The notes under the pieces were generated by a model. That model saw only the letters and a program-made list of their open reading frames with translations, was not told the DNA's origin and made no database searches. A program made the translations under genes and the position numbers. Shown piece by piece: positions 1-7,002 of a DNA stretch of 64,000 bases. Source of the DNA: Candidatus Woesearchaeota archaeon (GTDB lineage Archaea > Nanobdellota > Nanobdellia > Pacearchaeales > GW2011-AR1); contig CAYZYU010000002.1 in the NCBI GenBank assembly GCA_964482915.1, positions 3,339-67,338 of the forward strand, given 5' to 3'. How positions within the stretch are numbered: position 1 is the first letter of the stretch; the number at the start of each line of letters is the position of its first letter.

Positions 1-127
1 AAATCTGTAGTGGAGATCACCCAGATCCAACTAAAAGACCCAAGCTTATAATTTCTTATTATTAATAACGTTTTATCTTGGTATTTATAGTGAGATATGT
101 TCTATTGTCTAATTTAATTTTTGAAAA

Positions 128-1018
128 ATGAAAAAGTTTGATTATTGGAGGTTATTCAATACGATGGTTATTGTAGCCATATTAATCATCGCTATTCTTA
201 TCCTCAAGAAAGTGAATCGTTGCTGCGATTGCAATGAAAAAAGTAATTCTCAGCAGGAAACAATCCTTACTCTTAGGGATGCAGGAATTGTTTATGACAC
301 CTTAAATCATCGGAAGGGTACATTAGTTTTGATGGATACTCTGATGATAGGTCAGCAAAGGCAGACATCCTTGATTATCTGGAACGATTGCCCAGAAAAG
401 CCGGTTAAAAAAGTTCCAAAACCTCCTAAGAAAAATTTACCTGTTACAACTAAGGTAAAGGAGGTTACTAATATTAATGTGAATGTTGCTCCTAAAGAAG
501 AGATTGTTAAGAGGGACACATGTCTGCAACTTTCTCCTTGCAATCCCGATACATTAAAGATTGAAGTTCAGAGCATTACCCCAAAAAGCACTTCATTGCT
601 TTATAAGAATTCATCTGTTCTCCCATCGTGTTTTACTAAGGATGGAAACAAATCTGAGTTTAATTATGATGTAATTCCAGATTTGCATTTGACGGACTAC
701 ACACGAAAGGCAAAAACCCATCTTATAATTGGGACAACTGCTGCACTTGCAGGGACAATAACTTATGCTTCAACCTGGTTTTCTGAGATACCTACTTTTG
801 TTGAGTACAATGGTTTACAACCATTCGATCCAGCTAATAAATACTACGACCGAAACATGCTCTCAAAACAGCATTTGAATACCTTAAAGACAGTAAGGGC
901 AGTTGGTATAGGTTTAGGTGCTCTTGGAGGTTTAGAGATTATTCATGGGATTATTTTATTAAAGCCAGCAGAACTAGACATTACCCCGCAAAGAATTTCT
1001 CTTAAGTATTCATTTTAA
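128..1018 (+). CDS. Orphan exported/membrane protein with N-terminal TM, Pro/Lys-rich linker, two C-terminal hydrophobic helices and terminal ISLKYSF
   Basis: 296-aa ORF; hydrophobic IVAILIIAILIL; C-terminal alternating motif ending in Phe. Confidence 0.75.
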   Translation: MKKFDYWRLFNTMVIVAILIIAILILKKVNRCCDCNEKSNSQQETILTLRDAGIVYDTLNHRKGTLVLMDTLMIGQQRQTSLIIWNDCPEKPVKKVPKPPKKNLPVTTKVKEVTNINVNVAPKEEIVKRDTCLQLSPCNPDTLKIEVQSITPKSTSLLYKNSSVLPSCFTKDGNKSEFNYDVIPDLHLTDYTRKAKTHLIIGTTAALAGTITYASTWFSEIPTFVEYNGLQPFDPANKYYDRNMLSKQHLNTLKTVRAVGIGLGALGGLEIIHGIILLKPAELDITPQRISLKYSF

Positions 1019-1054
1019 TTTAATCAATTTCTAATAATTTTAATATTCAAAATC

Positions 1055-2107
1055 ATGAAAAATTTTGTTAGGTTTTTAGTAGCTATCTTTGCAGTATTCT
1101 TTGTCAGTTCTTGCGAATATGATGACAATTTTATAATTGATGAACATGACGGCAAAGACGGCAAGGATGGAAGAGATACTGTGGAGAAAATTGAAGCAGT
1201 TAAAGATGCAACAGGCAGAAATGGCATCAAAGTTACTCTTTATTGGGATGATAACCGTGATGGTGTTTATAATTCAGGAGATACCCCGAAGAATATCTCT
1301 TATGTTCTATGGGATGGTATTAATGGTGAACCTGGAAAAACTCCAACTATGAATTATGGTATTCTTCCTTCAGCAACCTGTACTAGCGGATCTAAACTCT
1401 TTTTCGCTAGCTCTCTTGATGGAAAACCTTTGGGAGATACAGTTTACTTTTGTGTTCCTTCTAATGGAATCAATGGTCAGGATGGAGAAGACGGTGAAGA
1501 AGGCCAAAATGGTCTCAATGGTTTAACTCCTACACTCCAGACAATTGTTTACCCTTATGGGATTACCTATATCTGGTATATGAGGGAGACCAAGATATCC
1601 GAATACACCATTACAAATGGGAAAGACGGCAATCCTGCAACCTCCATTGTTTCTCTTACATTGGAATATAATTTTCAGGGAGCAGGAACGAGTTACTTTA
1701 ACAGCACCGGATTTATTTTGGATAACTTTGTTCTCAATGAAGGAGCACTCTACTTGGATAAATCTTCAGGTTCAGTCGCACTTCCTCCATTCAGCCAGAA
1801 TATGGATCTCCTTAGTTTGAGATTCAATTACGGAAGTAAAAAACCTTATGACGTAACTGTCAAAGCAGTTTATGCTGACAATTCAGAGGAAACAATAAAA
1901 ACAGTAAATCTGGAAGGCAATCCTACTTTTGATAGAAATGTCTATGCTACTTATTCGCAGTTTGAGTACTATGCGAATCTTGAAGACATTCAATTCAAGG
2001 ATATAAAAGCTATAAAAATCTACGGCACTCTTTCCGGAAAATGTGTGCCTGAGGACTTGTTTATAGATCAGGTTGTAATTTGCCTGCGCGATAGAAATGT
2101 TCATTAG
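1055..2107 (+). CDS. Lipoprotein with short collagen-like Gly-X-Y repeats
   Basis: Signal peptide MKNFVRFLVAIFAVFFVSS-C; DGKDGKDG and NGINGQDGEDGEEGQNGLNG repeats. Confidence 0.8.
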   Translation: MKNFVRFLVAIFAVFFVSSCEYDDNFIIDEHDGKDGKDGRDTVEKIEAVKDATGRNGIKVTLYWDDNRDGVYNSGDTPKNISYVLWDGINGEPGKTPTMNYGILPSATCTSGSKLFFASSLDGKPLGDTVYFCVPSNGINGQDGEDGEEGQNGLNGLTPTLQTIVYPYGITYIWYMRETKISEYTITNGKDGNPATSIVSLTLEYNFQGAGTSYFNSTGFILDNFVLNEGALYLDKSSGSVALPPFSQNMDLLSLRFNYGSKKPYDVTVKAVYADNSEETIKTVNLEGNPTFDRNVYATYSQFEYYANLEDIQFKDIKAIKIYGTLSGKCVPEDLFIDQVVICLRDRNVH

Positions 2108-2176
2108 TCCTCCATTTGTAACGTTGAGTAGGACAAGGCTGATGAGATGAGGCTCTTGTATGATTTTTCTGGATGT

Positions 2177-2234
2177 GGAAACCCTCGTTGTATAACCTGA
2201 TAAAAATTATTCAAACCTCGGGGGTTTCCTTTTT
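2177..2234 (+). terminator. Large-loop hairpin plus U-tract (intrinsic terminator-like)
   Basis: GGAAACCCTCG (2177-2187) pairs with CGGGGGTTTCC (2219-2229), then TTTTT. Confidence 0.6.
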
Positions 2235-2286
2235 ATTATTGACAAATTAATTTCAAAACTTAAAAATAAATTTGGAGGACCAAAAA

Positions 2287-2769
2287 ATGAAAGAACAAGA
2301 TTTATTAATTTCTCATAAGAGAACGGAAAAGATTGCTCACACACTTTCTCTTATTTCTTTAATAGGAATAATCGAAGGAATCATCTTTGGATGTTTATAT
2401 CTTATCTATGAAAATCCAATCTACGATTCTCTGGCAGTAGTGGGATTAACTGTATTTATTTTCCCATTTGTTTTGCTCCAGTTTTTTATGAGCGCAGGTC
2501 TTTATGGAGAAGGAATGGGTTGGCTTTATCTACTTTTTTATGCTATTCTATTTCCATTTATTGACATGTGGTTCTTTGCCGGATTAAATTCTCTCTTCAA
2601 TGTTCTACCCAATTATCATCTTGTTGAAGGAATGATGAGGGAAGAATTCATGACAAAATCCTGGATATGTATAGGGATTATCTATCTTTTAGTTAACTGT
2701 TCTGGATTTCTATACAGATCATTCAAAAAACCAATAAACAATCATGCCCTGCTTTTTCTGAATCTATAA
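2287..2769 (+). CDS. Hypothetical multi-pass membrane protein (about 4 TM)
   Basis: ATG at 2287 preceded by SD GGAGG; the track's TTG start lies inside the SD motif. Confidence 0.75.
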   Translation: MKEQDLLISHKRTEKIAHTLSLISLIGIIEGIIFGCLYLIYENPIYDSLAVVGLTVFIFPFVLLQFFMSAGLYGEGMGWLYLLFYAILFPFIDMWFFAGLNSLFNVLPNYHLVEGMMREEFMTKSWICIGIIYLLVNCSGFLYRSFKKPINNHALLFLNL

Positions 2770-2816
2770 AGAAATAAGTTTCTGATTCTTCCTGCACCTT
2801 TATTGGTGTTGCTTTC

Positions 2817-2872
2817 GAAGGTTCCTGTGCGTTCTTTTATCCAATAGCTTTCTTTGCAGGAGCCTTCTTTTT
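2817..2872 (+). terminator. Large-loop hairpin plus U-tract
   Basis: GAAGGTTCCTG (2817-2827) / CAGGAGCCTTC (2857-2867), then TTTTT. Confidence 0.6.
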
Positions 2873-2874
2873 CT

Positions 2875-2912
2875 ATTGAATATCCTACTCTGCATTTAAG
2901 CAGAACAATATA
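2875..2912 (+). repeat. Conserved intergenic element, copy 1 (TTGAA-N5-TAMTCTG-loop-CAGRACAA)
   Basis: Aligns with 3930-3966 and 5776-5815. Confidence 0.7.
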
Positions 2913-3017
2913 TTCTCTATTATTATTTATAAATTAAAAACGGAGGTAAAATTTGAAACAACTCTACTCCTAACTTTTAGTTAGTGTTTTTTATTGTTTA
3001 ACTAAATCTTAAGAGTA

Positions 3018-3653
3018 ATGAAAAAGTTTTTTGTTTTGCTGGTTATTTCTTTCTTCTCTTTCTTCACTAATTGTGAAAAGATCGAGACGATTGAGGAAAC
3101 TGTTGATCCGCAACCTAAATTGGTTCGCGAATTCTTGAATTCACAAGATTTCAAGAATAATGAGTGTTTATTTGAAAACTATGGCCAAATTGGTGTAGGG
3201 ACAGTTGAATTGCTGGAAATTCCAATAGATTCAGCATACAACATAATGATACCAATAAAGAGAGAAGATACTCTTAAGGCTTACATTCAGGTAATTAAAT
3301 TACCTAAAGGTGAACTTCCAGATGGAGGGACATACCTTATGAACTTCATTGATATGACTCGTTTTGACAATCCAACATTGACAGGATATGTTAGGATGCT
3401 TGGAGTTAATTATGGTTACTTTGAACATTCTACTTTTAGAGTAGAAAACAATATAATCGTTACTTCGAATTACAACCCAACTCCTGCTCACTATCTGGAT
3501 GAGCAAACAAAAGGCATTAGAGACTTTTTAGCCTGTTACAGGGCAACGAGGAGTTCAATGGATAATGATGATGTTCTTTATTTCCTTTGTGATGTGGTAG
3601 GAAGTGTCTGTGCTGCTTCAGCAGCTGCTTATTGTATTTTTATGCAACAATAA
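3018..3653 (+). CDS. Lipoprotein with Cys-rich C-terminal peptide
   Basis: MKKFFVLLVISFFSFFTN-C; four Cys in the C-terminal ~45 aa after QTKG. Confidence 0.8.
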   Translation: MKKFFVLLVISFFSFFTNCEKIETIEETVDPQPKLVREFLNSQDFKNNECLFENYGQIGVGTVELLEIPIDSAYNIMIPIKREDTLKAYIQVIKLPKGELPDGGTYLMNFIDMTRFDNPTLTGYVRMLGVNYGYFEHSTFRVENNIIVTSNYNPTPAHYLDEQTKGIRDFLACYRATRSSMDNDDVLYFLCDVVGSVCAASAAAYCIFMQQ

Positions 3654-3664
3654 ATATTAAAGCT

Positions 3665-3865
3665 ATGAATACAATAATGTTAATATTGATATTGGTCCTG
3701 ATTTTGCTCCTCATACTACTTACAATACTTTCTATTAAATGGGTAGTACGTAGCAAAAATGAACCACTGAAGATGATTGCAATTATTGCAGGATATCTTG
3801 TAACTGCTTTTGTAGTAATGGCAGTTATGATTTTTCTTATTGCAAAACTAAGGGGAGTCTTTTAA
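3665..3865 (+). CDS. Small 2-TM membrane protein
   Basis: ATG at 3665, 11 nt after the upstream stop; two long hydrophobic stretches. Confidence 0.65.
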   Translation: MNTIMLILILVLILLLILLTILSIKWVVRSKNEPLKMIAIIAGYLVTAFVVMAVMIFLIAKLRGVF

Positions 3866-3881
3866 TTGATTCCTTGATTTC

Positions 3882-3929
3882 GAAACCCCATTAGGTTTTC
3901 TTCTTCATTTTACCTCTTGGGGTTTCTTT
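3882..3929 (+). terminator. Large-loop hairpin plus short U-tract
   Basis: GAAACCCCA (3882-3890) / TGGGGTTTC (3918-3926). Confidence 0.55.
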
Positions 3930-3966
3930 ATTGAAAATAATAATCTGTTTTTAACAGAACAACATA
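3930..3966 (+). repeat. Conserved intergenic element, copy 2
   Basis: ATTGAAAATAATAATCTGTTTTTAACAGAACAA; stem TCTGT/ACAGA. Confidence 0.7.
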
Positions 3967-4025
3967 TCATCAGTTTGCAACTATATAGCAAAATAAATTT
4001 ATTGTTTAACTAAAATTTTACGCGT

Positions 4026-4556
4026 ATGAAAAAGATTGTATTTTTGTTCATTATTTTTGCTCTTGCTCTAGGAGCAGGTTGTAAAAAGGAAGAGGTTATT
4101 GTTGAAGCTCCTCCTCCACCGCCTCCTCCGCCGAAGCAAACTGAGCAGGAACTTATTAAAGGATTTGTATCAATGCTTCCTCAACTTGAGCCTGGAAAAG
4201 CAGTTAACGTTCAGGTTGATAAAGAGAAGTTTATCTCAGGAGAATCTGAGTTCTCTGTTTCTCTGTTTCCATTAGAGTTTCTTACTCCGGCAGAGAAGCC
4301 TTATGTTGTAAAGTACATGTTTCCTTCTGTTGTATGGAGATATGATGATTTCCAACTTCCTATAGTCGATTTGGAGAATTATTTTACATGCACAGAACCG
4401 GGAGACAAGATTTGGATAATTAAAGAATCTCCAAATCCGGCTAAACCCTTTGAGCAAGCTCCAACTCTTTTAGTTGAAGCAAGCGAAGGAAAATTCTGGG
4501 TTCTTGACCAGAATGGTAATGAGATGCCTTTACGAGCGAACTGGCCAAATAAATAA
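4026..4556 (+). CDS. Lipoprotein with poly-proline linker
   Basis: MKKIVFLFIIFALALGAG-C-KKEE; APPPPPPPPK. Confidence 0.8.
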   Translation: MKKIVFLFIIFALALGAGCKKEEVIVEAPPPPPPPPKQTEQELIKGFVSMLPQLEPGKAVNVQVDKEKFISGESEFSVSLFPLEFLTPAEKPYVVKYMFPSVVWRYDDFQLPIVDLENYFTCTEPGDKIWIIKESPNPAKPFEQAPTLLVEASEGKFWVLDQNGNEMPLRANWPNK

Positions 4557-4575
4557 ACTAGTTTGTTCTGATTCT

Positions 4576-4615
4576 AAACCCCTGATTGAAATTTTCCCTC
4601 AGGGGTTTTCTTTTT
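4576..4615 (+). terminator. Hairpin plus U-tract
   Basis: AAACCCCTGA (4576-4585) / TCAGGGGTTT (4599-4608), then TCTTTTT. Confidence 0.65.
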
Positions 4616-4657
4616 ATTATTTTAATTATTAACTGATTAAAATTTTGGAGGACAAAA

Positions 4658-4801
4658 ATGAAAAAGAAAATTAAAGCCTATTCTGATAATGAACCTTTTT
4701 GGAAGGTAATTGTCTTGGATTGGGGACCAATGATTTTAATTACAGCAGTGTTTGTCTTAGCATTATTGGACGAGCTGCGTGTAATTGATTTGGTAAAGTA
4801 A
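4658..4801 (+). CDS. Small 47-aa single-TM protein (below the ORF-track cutoff)
   Basis: TTGGAGGACAAAAATG leader; MKKKIKAYSDNEPFWKVIVLDWGPMILITAVFVLALLDELRVIDLVK; flanked by hairpins on both sides. Confidence 0.7.
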   Translation: MKKKIKAYSDNEPFWKVIVLDWGPMILITAVFVLALLDELRVIDLVK

Positions 4802-4829
4802 TGGATGACTTGTTTCAGTTGTTATGTTT

Positions 4830-4871
4830 AAAACCTCCTTAGAATGTCATTTGTTCCCAGGAGGTTTTTTT
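4830..4871 (+). terminator. Hairpin plus U-tract
   Basis: AAAACCTCCT (4830-4839) / AGGAGGTTTT (4859-4868), then TTT. Confidence 0.65.
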
Positions 4872-4905
4872 ATTTCTTATTGTTTAACAATTTAATTTCT
4901 GTCTA

Positions 4906-5205
4906 ATGAAAAAAGACAAACAACTCAATTACGAGGTTAATGAACCTTCCAATAAATGGAAAGATTCTTTGGGTTTTCTATTAATCCTATTAATCTTTTC
5001 CATTTTAGAGCTCTATGGAATACTTTGGTTTCCAGAAAAATTTCCAAACTGGATAGAGACTATTTATAAAATTATTATCCCGATTTTATTTCTAGTCATT
5101 TGTTTTGGTTGGTTTGTTTCCAGTTTCATAGTAAATTACATGAACGGCCTTGAGGATGAAACTTCTGTTGAAGAAGAAATCGAATCTACTTTTTCAAATA
5201 AATAA
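4906..5205 (+). CDS. Small 2-TM membrane protein with acidic tail
   Basis: 99-aa ORF with two hydrophobic segments; TTATTGTTTAAC leader motif. Confidence 0.7.
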   Translation: MKKDKQLNYEVNEPSNKWKDSLGFLLILLIFSILELYGILWFPEKFPNWIETIYKIIIPILFLVICFGWFVSSFIVNYMNGLEDETSVEEEIESTFSNK

Positions 5206-5233
5206 AATTTTTTAATTAATAGGAGATTTAATA

Positions 5234-5416
5234 ATGGAAATATCAGAAGAAAAATCCAGACAACAAAAAAATGAAAAACCAAGACAACTTCGGTTTCTCA
5301 ACCCTGAAAAGATTGTAAAGGGAGAAAACTATTACCGCAAGCATACAAAGGTTAATCGTCACAAAATGCAAGGAAAAAACAAAATCCAGCTGAGAGACGA
5401 ACGTTCAGAGTATTAA
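5234..5416 (+). CDS. Small basic hypothetical protein
   Basis: 60-aa ORF with AGGAG SD upstream. Confidence 0.55.
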   Translation: MEISEEKSRQQKNEKPRQLRFLNPEKIVKGENYYRKHTKVNRHKMQGKNKIQLRDERSEY

Positions 5417-5481
5417 GATAAATTCAATATCTTTAAATTTTATTATATTTAATCTTAATTAATTGAAAGGAGGGCAACATC

Positions 5482-5724
5482 ATGAAAAGACACGAGGCAA
5501 ATAAGAAAATTATAAACTTTCTGAAAATACATCAATGGTCACTTTTTTCAGGAGTTTTTCTTCTTTTCTTAGATTTGCCATTTTGGCTTGTTTTTGTAGA
5601 AGGCAACAGGGATTATGGTCCTTGGGCAAGAACAGTAGCGGTAATAATTTTCGCTGCAAGTATCGTTTTACTTTTTAGTTCTGCTATTGCGTATCGCAAA
5701 GCTAGGGATGTAAAAAACATCTGA
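5482..5724 (+). CDS. Small 2-TM membrane protein
   Basis: AAGGAGG SD; two hydrophobic helices. Confidence 0.7.
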   Translation: MKRHEANKKIINFLKIHQWSLFSGVFLLFLDLPFWLVFVEGNRDYGPWARTVAVIIFAASIVLLFSSAIAYRKARDVKNI

Positions 5725-5735
5725 TTAGCGCTATC

Positions 5736-5772
5736 AAAAGGGCATTTCTTAATTTTAGACTTGCCCTTTTTT
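5736..5772 (+). terminator. Hairpin plus U-tract
   Basis: AAAAGGGCA (5736-5744) / TGCCCTTTT (5762-5770). Confidence 0.6.
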
Positions 5773-5775
5773 CTT

Positions 5776-5815
5776 TTGAAAATAATACTCTGCAGTTTAG
5801 GCAGGACAAAATATA
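5776..5815 (+). repeat. Conserved intergenic element, copy 3
   Basis: TTGAAAATAATACTCTGCAGTTTAGGCAGGACAA. Confidence 0.7.
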
Positions 5816-5849
5816 ATCAATTAATATTAACTTTTTAAAAATTAAATTT

Positions 5850-6098
5850 ATGAAAAAGGAAAATACCATGAATCTTCTAAAAGTAGTTGCCTATGCATTC
5901 GGTATAGAGGCAATTTTAGGCTTTCTATCCTTCTGTATTCTTTGGGTGGTTGTAGAGAAGATAGATCCTTATAACCTCGTTTGGTGGGCATATATTCTTC
6001 TTTGGGCGTTTAGATTGTCTTTTCCTTCAGCAGTTATAAGTTTGATTATCTTATTGTACTTAAGGAAACAGCAATTGAGAGGACAATCTTTTACTTGA
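5850..6098 (+). CDS. Small 2-TM membrane protein
   Basis: 82-aa ORF with two hydrophobic helices. Confidence 0.7.
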   Translation: MKKENTMNLLKVVAYAFGIEAILGFLSFCILWVVVEKIDPYNLVWWAYILLWAFRLSFPSAVISLIILLYLRKQQLRGQSFT

Positions 6099-6164
6099 AA
6101 GATTAAATCTCTTAGCATTGAATTAATTTTTATTTACCCATTTAAACATTTGGAGGACAAAATT

Positions 6165-6842
6165 ATGACACAAAAGAGTCAAAATCATAAGTGGTCTGTT
6201 GGGATATTAATCTTTGAAAGCATTTTTCTCGGATGGAATATCCTTCTTCTTTTTAGTTTTGGAAGAGACTCAGGGAATTATCCAGCTTGGGCTGCAAATA
6301 GTTTCTTTGTTACCCAGACACTCTTATTTATATTGATTATACCTTCTGTATTTGCAATTCGCTTTTTGTTAAAAGAAGAGGCTGCAAAGAGGCACGAGAG
6401 GAAATTATTAAGGTTAAAAAGGCAAAAAGAAGAAGATCTTTTAAGGATGCAATGCACAGACCTTGATAAAGCATGTCAAAAGATTGACGTGGAAAGATTT
6501 CATGAACTTTGCAAAAGAACAGGTAGAAGTTCTTTTACCCACGATGAGCTCATAAAGGAGGGTTGTGTAAAAGAGATTGAAGAAAAACCAAAAGACGAGA
6601 ATATAAAAGAAATATTTACTTCTAAAGAAATTGAACAGGCCTTGTTAATTCTTAAAAGCAAACTTGATGGAATTGCTGATGATTGGAATCGTAAACCGGA
6701 TAAAATAGTATTAGATTTTATAAAGAACAAATCATATTCGAAGAATGAAGCGAGAGATACTTTATTAAAATTTAAACATTATTATGAACCGATAATAGAC
6801 ACTTTCTGTTCTGATGAAATTATTGAAGGATGTTTACTTTGA
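6165..6842 (+). CDS. 2-TM membrane protein with cytoplasmic coiled-coil domain
   Basis: TTGGAGGACAAAATTATG leader gives ATG at 6165; the N-terminus resembles the 5482 ORF in layout. Confidence 0.75.
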   Translation: MTQKSQNHKWSVGILIFESIFLGWNILLLFSFGRDSGNYPAWAANSFFVTQTLLFILIIPSVFAIRFLLKEEAAKRHERKLLRLKRQKEEDLLRMQCTDLDKACQKIDVERFHELCKRTGRSSFTHDELIKEGCVKEIEEKPKDENIKEIFTSKEIEQALLILKSKLDGIADDWNRKPDKIVLDFIKNKSYSKNEARDTLLKFKHYYEPIIDTFCSDEIIEGCLL

Positions 6843-6881
6843 GATAATCAAAAAATAACCTGTTTATTTTAATTAAAACTC

Positions 6882-6921
6882 AAAAAGGTATCTCTTACTT
6901 ATTAAGATTTACCTTTTTTTT
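6882..6921 (+). terminator. Hairpin plus U-tract at the end of the array
   Basis: AAAAAGGTA (6882-6890) / TACCTTTTT (6910-6918), with inner TCTT/AAGA. Confidence 0.6.
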
Positions 6922-6924
6922 GTA

Positions 6925-6954
6925 ATAATATATGAAAATAATTTCATATATTAT
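6925..6954. repeat. Perfect 13-bp inverted repeat at the array/core junction
   Basis: ATAATATATGAAA-ATAA-TTTCATATATTAT. Confidence 0.6.
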
Positions 6955-7002
6955 ATGCCTCTTATATAATTTAATAATATTTTTTTTGCAAAATTTCTGC
7001 CT

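Noticed and set aside
2134..2232. Hammerhead-ribozyme-like CTGATGA...GAAAC...GTT arrangement
   Set aside because: Stem II cannot close (G opposite G before GAAA) and stem I is out of register by one base; treated as a chance resemblance unless an Infernal search says otherwise.
2875..5815. LexA (CTG-N10-CAG) boxes or CRISPR repeats
   Set aside because: CTG-CAG spacing is 7-9 nt and variable; the copies are kilobases apart and separated by genes.
1..6900. Bacteroidota TAnnTTTG promoters in the array
   Set aside because: I noticed only one intergenic match (about 2267), overlapping the SD; there is no consistent placement.
2177..6921. Integron attC sites
   Set aside because: The hairpins lack RYYYAAC/GTTRRRY ends and extrahelical-base patterns, and no intI is in the window.
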